In this document: piece after piece, positions 33,283 to 43,224 of the stretch
Layout of the letters: each line of letters starts with the position of its first letter
Position numbering within the stretch: position 1 is the first letter of the stretch
NCBI GenBank assembly: GCA_963835065.1
Contig: CAWIEK010000042.1
Coordinates: 47,731 to 111,730, forward strand
Length of the DNA stretch: 64,000 nucleotides
Reading direction: 5' to 3'
Origin: an uncultured Chthonomonadaceae bacterium
GTDB lineage: Bacteria; Armatimonadota; Chthonomonadetes; Chthonomonadales; Chthonomonadaceae
Notes under the pieces: model-generated
What the model was told of the DNA's origin: nothing
The model's input: only the letters and a program-made list of their open reading frames with translations
Database searches by the model: none
Position numbers and translations under genes: made by a program

Positions 33283-36200
33283 ATGAACCTCGCAAAATTT
33301 TCTGTGACCCGCCCTGTTGCGGTGACAATGCGTATCGCGGCGCTGGTGCTGCTGGGCTTCGTATGTTTCTACAAACTGCCCGTTGACCTTCTGCCCGCCG
33401 TGTCGCAGCCCACGGTCGCCGTCATTACGCAGTGGCCCAACGTCGCGCCCGAAGAACTCGAAACGCAGATCACCCGGCCTATCGAGCAGGCGGTCAACAG
33501 CGCGCCCAACATCTACCAGGTCAGTTCCAGTACCGTAACCGGCGTGTCTACCGTGCGCGTCCAGTTCAACTGGGGAACCGACATCGGGCAGGGCGCGGTG
33601 GACGTGCTGCAGCTTGTGGAGCGCGCCCGGCAGCGCTTTCCCACCGATCCCACGCTGCAAACGCCCATTGTCTACAAGTACGACCCCTCGCAGTTGCCGA
33701 TTATGATTTACGGCGTATCCGGCGAGTCCGATCCGGTGAAACTGCGCACCCTGCTTGACAATACCATTTCGCCGATTATCTCCTCGGCCAATGGCGTGGC
33801 CTCTGCGGTTGCGACGGGCGGTGAGCAGCGCGCCCTCATCATTGACGTAGACCCCGACAAACTGCGCGCGTACCACCTGACGCTGACGCAGGTTTCCAAC
33901 CGCATTATCGCGGAAAACATTGACCTGCCGGCGGGAATCGCCAAAGAAAGCAACACGGAGTACACCATCCGGGCGGAAGGCCAGTTCCTCAACCCGCAGG
34001 ATGCCGCCAACATTCCCGTCGGCGTGTACAACGGGCAGATTGTGTCTCTCAGCCAGGTCGCCCACGTTTCGGACAGCCATCAGGAAACGCGCCTGTATAC
34101 GCGTCTGAATGGAGCGCCCGCAGCCGGCATGATTATCGTCAAGCAGAGCGGCGCGAACACCGTTTCCACAGCGGACAATGTGCGCGAAAAACTCAAAACC
34201 GTTCAGCGGCTGTACCCGCAGTTGAAATGGCAGCTTGCCTACGAGCAGGCCAGCTTTATTCAGGCATCCGTAGACGATGTGAAAAACAGCGCGATTATCG
34301 GCGGCTCGCTTGCCATTATCATTCTGCTGTTCTTCCTGCGCAGTTTCCGCAGCACAATGGTTGTCGCGCTGTCCATTCCGATTTCCATTATTTCCACATT
34401 CAGCCTGTTTTACTTTTGCGGCTTTTCGCTGAATACCATCTCCCTGAGCGGCCTGTCGCTGGCAACCGGCCTGATCGTAGACGATGCAGTCGTTGTTCTG
34501 GAAAACATCTTCCGGCACATCGAGCGGGACAAATTGCCGCCTGCCGAAGCCGCTGTCACGGGCGCGCAGGAAATTACGGGCGCCGTCGTCGCGTCCACAA
34601 TTACGGTTATGATCGTGTTCCTGCCCCTCCTCCTGCTCAAAGGACAGTCCGGGCAGTTGTTCACGCAGTTCGCCCTTGTGGTTATCTTCTCCATCGCTGT
34701 TTCGCTTCTGGATGCCACAACCGTCGTTCCCATGCTCGCGTCCCGCTTCATCAAGAGCGAAGAAATCGAAGCGGAACATCTGCGGCACGAACAGCATAGC
34801 AAGGGGTCAGGGGTCAGGGGTCAGGGGTCAGGGGAAAGCCCAACCACTAATCATCAATCACCAAAAACCGGTATTGTTACCCGCGTCTTCGACTGGTTTG
34901 GAGATCGGTTTGATGCGCTGGACGCTTCGTACCATCGCGGCTTGCAGTGGGGGCTGAAGCATCGGCTGTGGATCATTATCGGGGCGATTGGCATTACAAC
35001 CTCCAGCTTCCTGCTTGTGCCTTACATTGGAACGGAGATACTGCCGCAAACCGACAGCGGCAACATCAACGTGCTGATTAAATTGCCGGTCGGAACCGCG
35101 CTGACCGTGACCGATACGACAATGAAACAGGTGGAAGACACGCTGCTCAAAAACCCGAACGTGGAAACCGTGTTTGCGGTTGCCGGTTCCACATTGAGTC
35201 TGCGCGGAACGTCTACCGCGCTGACGGGCTATTACGGCGCGGCGACGGTTCGCCTGAAAGAGAATCGCAAGCAGACTACGCAGCAGGTCATCAACGACGT
35301 TCAAAAGAAGCTGGCGAAACTGCCGGGCGCGCGGGCGATTGTCACGCCTTACGATCTGGTCACGCAGATTCTGACGGGCGGCGCGCAAAACATGGAAGTG
35401 GATATTTACGGCGACGATTTGGCGCAGTTGTCGAATCTGTCGCGCGGCATACTGGCGCAAGCGCGGCAGATTCCCGGCTTTGAAAGCGCTGACCTCAACG
35501 TGCAGGAGGCCACGCCGGAACTGCGCTGGAAGGTGGACCGGCAGAAAATGCTGCAGTTGGGCGTGTCGTTCTCCGACATCTCCGGCGCGCTGAACACATC
35601 CACGAACGGCACCCTGTCGAGTTATTATCAGGAAAACGGGTTCCAGTATCCCATTTATGTACAGGTTCCCGTCGGCCAGCGCAAGTCCATTCAGGAACTT
35701 TTGCGCCTGCCCATCACGCCAACGGCGCGAACCGGCAGCGCGGCAGTCGGCGCTGCCAATAGCAACCAGACGATTGAACTGCGACAGGTCGCTCAGCCGA
35801 TTTACGCTTTCGGCCCGAATGAGATCACGCGGCAAAACAACCAGCGCTACATCGCCATTACGGGTGTCGTGCAGGGTCGCCCGCAAAGCGAAGTGCAGGC
35901 GGAACTCATTACCCTGCTGAACAAGACGCAGTTCCCCACCGGCAACTACTGGACGCTGGGCATCAACCAGACGCGGCAGGCGCAGGAGTTTTCGGGGCTT
36001 GGGGTTTCCATTCTGCTGGCGATTGCGCTGATTTACATGCTGCTGGCCGCGCAGTTTGAGTCCTTCGTGTACCCGCTCACTATTCTGATGTCGGTTCCCC
36101 TCTGCGCTATCGGAGTCGTGCTGGCCCTGTTCCTGACAGGCCGCTCGTTTGGCTTGACCGCGTTCATCGGGCTGCTGCTGCTGATTGGCATCGTGGTTAA

Positions 36201-36600
36201 AAACGGCATTCTGCTGGTGGACTACACCAATCAATTGCGCGGACGCGGCTTGGAGCGGGATGAGGCCGTATTAACGGCAAGCCCAACCCGCCTGCGGCCC
36301 ATTTTAATGACATCCAGCGCGGCGATTCTGGGCATGATTCCGCTTGCCCTTGCGCTCGGCAAGGGTTCGGAAACGCAGGCGCCGCTCGCAACTGCGGTTA
36401 TCGGCGGCCTGATAACTTCCACCGTACTGACGCTGTTCGTGGTTCCCGTCGTGTACACGCTATTCGACGATCTGGGCCACCTGTTCAACAAGCGCAAGCA
36501 GGACAAAGCGGACGCAAAGAAAGCCGACGCTAATCCCGCTCCATCTGACAACCCTTCCGACGCGAAAACCGAATCGGAACAAACATCAGAAAATACATGA
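33283..36600 (+). CDS. AcrB/AcrD/AcrF family RND permease
   Basis: RPVAV, GLIVDDAVVVLENI, GIVVKNGILLVD, RLRPILMT. Confidence 0.97.
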   Translation: MNLAKFSVTRPVAVTMRIAALVLLGFVCFYKLPVDLLPAVSQPTVAVITQWPNVAPEELETQITRPIEQAVNSAPNIYQVSSSTVTGVSTVRVQFNWGTDIGQGAVDVLQLVERARQRFPTDPTLQTPIVYKYDPSQLPIMIYGVSGESDPVKLRTLLDNTISPIISSANGVASAVATGGEQRALIIDVDPDKLRAYHLTLTQVSNRIIAENIDLPAGIAKESNTEYTIRAEGQFLNPQDAANIPVGVYNGQIVSLSQVAHVSDSHQETRLYTRLNGAPAAGMIIVKQSGANTVSTADNVREKLKTVQRLYPQLKWQLAYEQASFIQASVDDVKNSAIIGGSLAIIILLFFLRSFRSTMVVALSIPISIISTFSLFYFCGFSLNTISLSGLSLATGLIVDDAVVVLENIFRHIERDKLPPAEAAVTGAQEITGAVVASTITVMIVFLPLLLLKGQSGQLFTQFALVVIFSIAVSLLDATTVVPMLASRFIKSEEIEAEHLRHEQHSKGSGVRGQGSGESPTTNHQSPKTGIVTRVFDWFGDRFDALDASYHRGLQWGLKHRLWIIIGAIGITTSSFLLVPYIGTEILPQTDSGNINVLIKLPVGTALTVTDTTMKQVEDTLLKNPNVETVFAVAGSTLSLRGTSTALTGYYGAATVRLKENRKQTTQQVINDVQKKLAKLPGARAIVTPYDLVTQILTGGAQNMEVDIYGDDLAQLSNLSRGILAQARQIPGFESADLNVQEATPELRWKVDRQKMLQLGVSFSDISGALNTSTNGTLSSYYQENGFQYPIYVQVPVGQRKSIQELLRLPITPTARTGSAAVGAANSNQTIELRQVAQPIYAFGPNEITRQNNQRYIAITGVVQGRPQSEVQAELITLLNKTQFPTGNYWTLGINQTRQAQEFSGLGVSILLAIALIYMLLAAQFESFVYPLTILMSVPLCAIGVVLALFLTGRSFGLTAFIGLLLLIGIVVKNGILLVDYTNQLRGRGLERDEAVLTASPTRLRPILMTSSAAILGMIPLALALGKGSETQAPLATAVIGGLITSTVLTLFVVPVVYTLFDDLGHLFNKRKQDKADAKKADANPAPSDNPSDAKTESEQTSENT

Positions 36601-37103
36601 TGACCGAACAAGAGCGCGACAACGCAACAGATTTGCAGACGCAGGCGGAGCAGTTGGAAATGCTGCTGCCGCGCCTGATGCGCCGCCTGTTTTCGCTGCA
36701 GCCCGATCATCTGACAACGGAATTGCCCGTCGCGCAACTGCGCGTCTGCACCATTCTTCAGGCGGGGCCGCGTACTCTGTCGGCTATCAGCGATGAACTC
36801 GGTATTTCGGTCAGCGCCACCACGCAAATTGCGGACAGACTCGAAAAAGTCGCGCTTGTCGAGCGCATTTCCGGGCAGGATGATCGCCGCACCAAAAAAC
36901 TTCAGCTTTCCGCGCATGGGCGCGAAATGATGCAGTCCCGGCGGCAATGGCGCACTCTGCGGGCCGCCACTGTTTTAGAACAATTGTCTGCCGTCGAGCG
37001 CGACAACGTGATACAAGCCGTTCGCGCCCTGCTTGCCGCCGCCGATGCCGCCACGCCCACTGTCCGGCACGATGACCCGACGAGCATGCGGCAGGAACAG
37101 TAG
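36597..37103 (+). CDS. MarR family transcriptional regulator
   Basis: wHTH with SATTQIADRLEK..LVER...DDRR...LS..G; ATGA overlap with permease. Confidence 0.93.
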   Translation: MMTEQERDNATDLQTQAEQLEMLLPRLMRRLFSLQPDHLTTELPVAQLRVCTILQAGPRTLSAISDELGISVSATTQIADRLEKVALVERISGQDDRRTKKLQLSAHGREMMQSRRQWRTLRAATVLEQLSAVERDNVIQAVRALLAAADAATPTVRHDDPTSMRQEQ

Positions 37104-37107
37104 GAGA

Positions 37108-37228
37108 AGGGGTCAGGATTCAGGGGCCAGGGGTCAGGGAAGACTTTGATCCGGCGATTTAGTGTTGATAATATTCAAATTGCAGGAAGGTGAACTTCCT
37201 GACCCCTGGCCCCTTAATCCTGACCCCT
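37108..37228. repeat. Heptamer (AGGGGTC)n inverted repeat
   Basis: ~31-bp arms with 1 mismatch between MarR and TolC genes. Confidence 0.85.
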
Positions 37229-37244
37229 ACCCAAAGGAGACTCC

Positions 37245-39107
37245 ATGCCTCGTTATGTGCTGGCCCTGCTGCTTGCGGCGGGGTGTATGCGCCAAGCCGC
37301 GCATGCCCAAAATCAGAAACCCGCGCCCGCGCCGACGCCCGCGCCCGTTGCGCAGCCCACACAGGTTCCCAATGCGCAGCCCGCGCAAGCGCCGAAGGCG
37401 CAGCCTGCGCAGGCTCCCAATGCGCAGCCTGCACAGGTTCCGAATGTCGCGCAGGTTCCCGTGGCAACGCAAACGCCACCCATTGCGCCGCGAACGCAGG
37501 ATACGCCCGTTCCGCCCGCGATTGTGATACCCGTACCGCCGACGCCCGTGCCGGATGTGCCCAACCGTCCCATTACGGCGGATGAAGCCGCCCGCATCGC
37601 CCTGCGCTTGCAGCCCAATGTTACGATTGCCCGCGCCAACATCGCCGCGCAGCAGGGGCGAACGCAGCAGTTACGCTCCGGCCTGCTTCCCCAGGTATCC
37701 GTGTTGGGCAGCTATACCCATATCGAAACCCTGTCTACCGAAGGACGCGGCGGAACGTCTGCGCCGGTCAGCACGGGCGGAGGAACTGGAACGACCGGCT
37801 CAAGCGGCGGAACAAGTACGGGCACGGGCGGAACCGGAACAACTGGCGGCAGTACGTCTGGAACGGGTTCCACGTCTACGGGTGGCGTCGGCACAACGGG
37901 CGGCAGCACGTCTGGAACGGGGGCCGGCACGGGAACAACGGGAACGGGAACCGGGGGCACGACAACCGGCAGCGGCGGCACGGGCAGTACGGGGGGAAGC
38001 AGCACGGGCGGCGGCTCGTCTACGGGAACCAGTACGGGCACGTCTTCCGGTGGCGGAGCCACAACGGTCACGCAGCTAGGCGCGTCCAGCGTTGCGTCAG
38101 GTGAAGGCGCAATCGGTCAGGCGACACTGCGCCAGCTTATCTATGATTTCAACCATACCCGCGATCTGGTTCGAGAGTCGGAAGCCCTGGAGCGCGCGGC
38201 GTTCCAAAACCTGACCCGCGTACAATACGATCTCGTGCTGCAAGTAAAGCAGGCGTACTACCAGTTGGTGCAGTACGGGCAGCTCGTGAGGGTCAACGAA
38301 GAAAATGTCTCCAACCGCCAGGAACAGCTCAATCTCGCCAACGCCCGCCTAAACTCCGGGCTTGGACTGCCGCAGGATGTGGTGACGGCGCAGACCGCCA
38401 AAGCGGAAGCCGTTCAGCAATTGAATGTAGCGCGCGGGCTGGAAGGCATCGCCCGCCAGAACCTTGCCCTGCTGCTCGGCATTGATTCGCGGACACCTAT
38501 ACAAACAGCTGACAGCGGCGAACAGCCCATTGCCACCGACGATATTAACGCCTTGATTCAATCCGCCTTGCAGCGCCGCCCCGAAGTGCTGTCCGCCCAG
38601 GAGCAGATTCGCGCCTTCCGCTATGGCGTCAATGCCGCCCGCAGCACCAACGCCCCGGTCGTGTCCGGCAACCTTAACTTCACGACGCGGGGCACGGACT
38701 TTCCGCCCGGCAATGATTCGTTCAGCGTGGGCGCGTCCATCCAGTTTTCCCCTTTTGATGGCGGGCTGACGCAGGGGCGCGTGAAAGAAGCCCGCGCCAA
38801 TCTCGACGCCGCTAACGCCTCGCTCACCGCCGCCCAACTCGCCGTGCAAACCGACGTCACGCAAGCCTACCTCAACCTGCGCACTGCAGAACAGCGCGTC
38901 GCGGCTACGCTCACGGAAGTCGCCAACGCGGAAGAAGGCGTCCGCATCGCTAATGGCCGCTACCGCTCCGGCCTGGGCCAGTTCCTCGACATCATCAACG
39001 CGCAGGCGTTCCTCCTCAGCGCCCGCACCAATCTTGTCACCACGCAGGCGCTTGTAGAACAAAACCGCGCCGCCCTTAACCGCGCCATCGGCACACCGAT
39101 ACGGTGA
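37245..39107 (+). CDS. TolC family outer-membrane efflux protein with Pro/Gln repeats and Gly/Thr-rich insert
   Basis: Signal peptide; LLPQVS, VKQAYYQL, RPEV, RYRSGLG..LDI..AQ OEP repeats. Confidence 0.92.
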   Translation: MPRYVLALLLAAGCMRQAAHAQNQKPAPAPTPAPVAQPTQVPNAQPAQAPKAQPAQAPNAQPAQVPNVAQVPVATQTPPIAPRTQDTPVPPAIVIPVPPTPVPDVPNRPITADEAARIALRLQPNVTIARANIAAQQGRTQQLRSGLLPQVSVLGSYTHIETLSTEGRGGTSAPVSTGGGTGTTGSSGGTSTGTGGTGTTGGSTSGTGSTSTGGVGTTGGSTSGTGAGTGTTGTGTGGTTTGSGGTGSTGGSSTGGGSSTGTSTGTSSGGGATTVTQLGASSVASGEGAIGQATLRQLIYDFNHTRDLVRESEALERAAFQNLTRVQYDLVLQVKQAYYQLVQYGQLVRVNEENVSNRQEQLNLANARLNSGLGLPQDVVTAQTAKAEAVQQLNVARGLEGIARQNLALLLGIDSRTPIQTADSGEQPIATDDINALIQSALQRRPEVLSAQEQIRAFRYGVNAARSTNAPVVSGNLNFTTRGTDFPPGNDSFSVGASIQFSPFDGGLTQGRVKEARANLDAANASLTAAQLAVQTDVTQAYLNLRTAEQRVAATLTEVANAEEGVRIANGRYRSGLGQFLDIINAQAFLLSARTNLVTTQALVEQNRAALNRAIGTPIR

Positions 39108-40147
39108 AGGATAAAAATTATTCGCAGGTAGTAGTCAGTGGCGCGGCGGAGTTCGGCGAAGAAGAGGTATTGCTGCGCCCAGCCTGCATACGCGCCGAAG
39201 CGGGAGCGGTAGGCATCGGCGAGGGCGTTGTAGATGCGGGGCGTGAGGGATTTGGCAGCGAGTTCGGGGGCGAACAGGCGGACGGCGATCTGGCGAACGT
39301 GGGTGTCAATGGGAACCGCGTCGTTTTTGTCCAGGCAGAACAGGCAGATGCAGTCCGCGAGTTTCGCGCCGATGCCGAACAAGCCGCAAAGCGCGGCATG
39401 AGCGTCCGCGTAAGAAGCCGTTCGCAGGCTATCCAGCCAATCGGGGGGCAGGGTTTGAAAGTGGCGGGCAAGAGCGATCACGCGAGGAGCGCGATAACCC
39501 CACAATCCCCGCCGCAAAACCGTTTCGTCCGCGTTCGCTAAAGCGTCCAGTGTGGGAAAGGCGTAGAAGCCGGGGAAGGTTGTTGTTTCGGAAGTCAAGC
39601 CGGGCGACTGTGGAAAGACGGGAAGTTTTGGCAGGCCGGTATTAATGGGCTGTCCATACTGCGCAGCAAGATGCGCCACGCTGCGCTCGATTTTAGTCAC
39701 CGTGTTACACGACGCGCACAAGAATGCAAAGAAACATTCCCAAGTGGGCTGACGCAGGACGCGCAGGCCGCGAAAAGCGGCAACGGCGTCCCTCATGCGC
39801 GGTTCCGCCCGTATCCAATCCGCATACAGGGGCAGTACATCCACGTCCAAACGGAAGTAATCGCGGATCAGAGCGCGTTGATTCGGCTGTGGAAAAGTTT
39901 GCCAATGGAGCGGGCTGTCGGGTCGGCCTTCTTCCTGCCACGCCGCGACAACCGTTTGCCCCACCGTTCCCCACCAAACCCCGTCCCGATCCCGCCGCCA
40001 CCGAAAACTCTGCCCGCTCGCCACTGTCGCCGCCAGATGGAACGGCTGATTGGTCAGGAGTTCGGTATTGCAGAAGGTTTTTAGTTGATAGTTGGTAGTT
40101 GATAGTTGATAGTCGCTGTGCGCTTGGGCTGGAAGAGTCGGCTGCAA
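38960..40147 (-). CDS. ogg: 8-oxoguanine DNA glycosylase (OGG1-type, HhH-GPD); true 3' end probably near 39118
   Basis: SGQSFRW, GLRVLRQ, GYRA, GIGAKLADCICLF, VPIDTHV, YAGWAQQYLF. Confidence 0.9.
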   Translation of the reverse strand: MQPTLPAQAHSDYQLSTTNYQLKTFCNTELLTNQPFHLAATVASGQSFRWRRDRDGVWWGTVGQTVVAAWQEEGRPDSPLHWQTFPQPNQRALIRDYFRLDVDVLPLYADWIRAEPRMRDAVAAFRGLRVLRQPTWECFFAFLCASCNTVTKIERSVAHLAAQYGQPINTGLPKLPVFPQSPGLTSETTTFPGFYAFPTLDALANADETVLRRGLWGYRAPRVIALARHFQTLPPDWLDSLRTASYADAHAALCGLFGIGAKLADCICLFCLDKNDAVPIDTHVRQIAVRLFAPELAAKSLTPRIYNALADAYRSRFGAYAGWAQQYLFFAELRRATDYYLRIIFILHRIGVPMARLRAARFCSTSACVVTRLVRALRRNACALMMSRNWPRPER

Positions 40148-40263
40148 AATCCTGCTCCTGACGTAGTTGAAGTGTACTCTACTCCGTATACGTCCTCATC
40201 ACGCGCAACAGCAGCCATGTTGTTAAGCAACATCTATCAACTATCAACTACCAACTATCAACT
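40083..40263. repeat. Heptamer (TAGTTGA)n perfect 30-bp inverted repeat
   Basis: 40083-40112 is the exact reverse complement of 40234-40263. Confidence 0.9.
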
Positions 40264-40265
40264 TT

Positions 40266-42089
40266 TCAAGCCGCTTTCCGTTCCGCGTGGCGTTCGCGCT
40301 TGTCGGCGTACATGGCCGCGTCGGAGCGGCACAACAGTCCCTGCAAGTCGTTGGCGTCTTCGGGGTAGATGGCGATGCCCACGCTGATACCTAATTGGGG
40401 GAAATCCCCATCTTTGGCAATGATTTTGTGGGCGTGGCGCTCCACCGCGTGTTTTAGTTTTTCCGCAACCACTTCCGCCGCCATACGGCTTGCCCGCGTC
40501 AGCACGACAACGAATTCATCGCCCGCATAGCGCGCGGCCAGGTCGTAGCTGCGAACGTGCGCTTCCAGAATCTCGGCCACATCGCGCAAAATCTGGTCGC
40601 CCATCGCATGTCCGTATAGATCGTTGATGGGCTTGAACTTGTCCAGGTCAATGTTCAGCACGGCAATGGACGACTGATCGCGGCCTGCCCGGTTGATTTC
40701 GCGCTCCAGAAACTCGCGCAGGAAGCGGGCGTTGCGCAGGCCGGTCAGCGTGTCCGTATAAGCGTTTTCCTGCACTTCCGTAAAGCGGCGGGCGTTGTCT
40801 ATGGCTTGACTCGCCTGTGTCGCCACAAGCCGCAAAACGCGCTGCGCGTCCAGGCTGAACGCTTCCGGCGATTCCGCATACAGGTTCAGGGTTCCAATGG
40901 CTGTGCCGCCCACAAGCAGGGGCACGATCAGCGTGGAGCGAAACGGCGTCCAGGCGTCGCTTACGTCGCGCAGCGCCAAATCCTGCGGCATGAACGACGC
41001 GCGCATCATTTCGCCCCTGCCGAACGCTCGCCCCGTCAGATACGTTCCCATCCGCGCCATGCTGCCGAGTAAATGCCGCTCATTCACGCCCTGCGCCGCC
41101 GCGCAGCGCAGATACTGCTCCTCGTCATCCGGCAAAAACAGGGCGCAGGCGTCGCACATCACGATCTGCCGGGTGCAGGACAGGAGGGTATCGGCAACGG
41201 CTTCCAGATGCAGCGACCCGGAAATGGACTGCACGAGCGTATACAGGCCAAGCGTTTCCTGCTGCGCGGCGGCAATATCTTCCAGCGCCGCCCGTGATTC
41301 GCGGTAACTGCCCGGCTGCTGAAACGGCGGCGCGAAGCAGGGCGTGGAAGCGCCAAGCGTGGTCACATCGGCGCGAATGGTGGCGGTCACGGCGCGGAAA
41401 GCGGCGAGTACGCCCGGATCGAACTGCGTACCGACCCGCGCCTCGATTTCGGCAAGGGCTTCTTCCGGCGTATACGCGGGTCGGTACGGACGCGGGCGCA
41501 GCAGCGCGCTGTAAGCGTTGGCGACGGCCAGGATACGCGCGCCCAGGGGGATGGCTTCGCCGCGCAGATTGTCGGGATAGCCGCTGCCGTCCCAATGTTC
41601 CGCATGGTGGCGCACCAGGGGCACAACCGGCCAGGGAAACGGAATAGACGCAATGATTCGCGCGCCCAAAACGGGATGCGAGCGGAGTTTTTCCTGCTCT
41701 TCGGGCGTCAGCGAACCGGACTTGTGGAGAATGTGTTCGGGAACGCCCAATCTCCCGATGTTGTGCAGCAGGCAGGCGGCGCGAAGCGCGGCGGTATCTT
41801 CTTCGCTCAGATTCAACATGCGGGCAATGCCCAGGGCGCACTGCTGTACGCAGTCCAGATGCCCCATACTGTTGGGGTCATTGGCCTCGAACGCATACGC
41901 CAGCGCCTCAATCGTGGAAAAGCACAGGTGGCGCTCATGCGCGCGATTGGCGTTTGCCTGCGAAGTGAGCGCGCGCGAATTTCTACGTTGCGCCTGCCCC
42001 CATCCCAATCGTCCCGCCAGACTCGCCGCCATCCCGCCCGCCACCAACAGACCCGAATGGAGCCATCCATTCATCATCAACAAATCCAT
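40266..42089 (-). CDS. HD-GYP + GAF + GGDEF domain protein
   Basis: LLHNIG...HWDGSGYP; GAF; DTLTGL.N, DLDKFKPIND.YGH..GD, RSYDLAARYAGDEF. Confidence 0.93.
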   Translation of the reverse strand: MDLLMMNGWLHSGLLVAGGMAASLAGRLGWGQAQRRNSRALTSQANANRAHERHLCFSTIEALAYAFEANDPNSMGHLDCVQQCALGIARMLNLSEEDTAALRAACLLHNIGRLGVPEHILHKSGSLTPEEQEKLRSHPVLGARIIASIPFPWPVVPLVRHHAEHWDGSGYPDNLRGEAIPLGARILAVANAYSALLRPRPYRPAYTPEEALAEIEARVGTQFDPGVLAAFRAVTATIRADVTTLGASTPCFAPPFQQPGSYRESRAALEDIAAAQQETLGLYTLVQSISGSLHLEAVADTLLSCTRQIVMCDACALFLPDDEEQYLRCAAAQGVNERHLLGSMARMGTYLTGRAFGRGEMMRASFMPQDLALRDVSDAWTPFRSTLIVPLLVGGTAIGTLNLYAESPEAFSLDAQRVLRLVATQASQAIDNARRFTEVQENAYTDTLTGLRNARFLREFLEREINRAGRDQSSIAVLNIDLDKFKPINDLYGHAMGDQILRDVAEILEAHVRSYDLAARYAGDEFVVVLTRASRMAAEVVAEKLKHAVERHAHKIIAKDGDFPQLGISVGIAIYPEDANDLQGLLCRSDAAMYADKRERHAERKAA

Positions 42090-42190
42090 TATCGCCCCCT
42101 GCTTCCGCCATCAGATACCGCTAAGAGATACTCTAATTGTGCCAGAAACAGGGACGTAGTACCCTGTAAATCCTGCGGGAAAAAGGGAGT

Positions 42191-42265
42191 AGGTTTCAGG
42201 TTTCAGGTTTCAGGAAAAGCCTTGCTGCACAAGGGAATTTCCCTGACACCTGAAACCTGAAACCT
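42191..42265. repeat. Heptamer (AGGTTTC)n inverted repeat
   Basis: AGGTTTC x3 versus CCTGAAA repeats; same unit at 55628-55735. Confidence 0.85.
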
Positions 42266-42270
42266 CTCCA

Positions 42271-43110
42271 CTAACCCCTACTCAAGAACCGACTGATCGC
42301 CAACCCCTCTTCCGCTGTGAGTTGTTCAAAGCAGATCATGGCCTGGTGGGAGGAAGCGGTACGGGTGCGCTCGCTGCGCAGAACGCGCCCCCGGAGCGTA
42401 AAGCGCCGTTTCAAACGCTGCTGCTCTTCTTCCAGGCTCTCTATGATGCTTGTAAGCGAACCGCTGCCCGAACGGACAGCCGCGTCCGGCAGAGCGAACT
42501 GAAGGGCTACGCGCTGTTTCAGCGGCAGGCAAACATGGGTGCGCAGGCGCATACCATTGGCGCTGAAGTCTACCGCCCACCCCCGTTCCCAACACTCCTC
42601 GGCTTCCACAGGAGACTCGGCAGGGGCAAAAGCCATCGGCAGGGCTTCGAGTTCAGGACGCAGCAGCACGGCAATGCGCGGCCAGCGGCGCGGGCCAAGC
42701 CGCCGCTCTTCCTTCTGTTGGCACTGCCATAATTGAACGGTGATTTCGCGGGTTGCGGATGGTATCAAGAGAGTGGAGCCGGGCATATTGAAGTCTGTGC
42801 CCTCCTGTATGCCTGCATCCGCTTCATACGGCGTGTCTGTTTCCGCTATGTACGCGGTTTCCTCTGCGGCCACAACGCGGTGCGCGACCACAACCCCCTC
42901 CGCTTCGCTACGAAACGAACCGTCCGTAAAGGTAAAGCGGACCAGGGAACCCCAGTGTAGGCAGGATACGGGAGCCGCCGCCGGCAGGGTGAGCGTCGCC
43001 CAATCGCCGTGTAAATCCAACAAGCGCGCTTCATAGCGCGCCAGCGGCTCATAATGGTTGTTCAGCACATCCAGCGGAACCAGCGAATCCGAAACGTTTT
43101 GCAGTATCAA
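42271..43110 (-). CDS. PilZ domain protein
   Basis: ERRLGPR (RxxxR) and DFSANG (DxSxxG). Confidence 0.75.
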   Translation of the reverse strand: MILQNVSDSLVPLDVLNNHYEPLARYEARLLDLHGDWATLTLPAAAPVSCLHWGSLVRFTFTDGSFRSEAEGVVVAHRVVAAEETAYIAETDTPYEADAGIQEGTDFNMPGSTLLIPSATREITVQLWQCQQKEERRLGPRRWPRIAVLLRPELEALPMAFAPAESPVEAEECWERGWAVDFSANGMRLRTHVCLPLKQRVALQFALPDAAVRSGSGSLTSIIESLEEEQQRLKRRFTLRGRVLRSERTRTASSHQAMICFEQLTAEEGLAISRFLSRG

Positions 43111-43136
43111 CAGCGATCTCCCTAGATACGGGCGTC

Positions 43137-43210
43137 AGTGATAAGTGATGAATGATGAGTGATGAATGATGAACAAAATTTTATTCATCACTCATCATTC
43201 ATCAATCATC
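43137..43210. repeat. Heptamer (TGATGAA)n inverted repeat
   Basis: TGATGAA/TGATGAG run versus TTCATCA/CTCATCA run. Confidence 0.85.
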
Positions 43211-43224
43211 GTTGCTCTCACTAC

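Noticed and set aside
33196..36234. Long antisense ORFs (533 and 458 aa) opposite the RND permease, and similar shadows elsewhere
   Set aside because: Expected from GC-rich codon bias; no motifs or RBS
38960..39107. 148-nt antisense overlap of ogg with tolC
   Set aside because: OGG homology ends at QQYLFFAE and a neighbouring frame stops at 39118; a single indel is the simpler explanation
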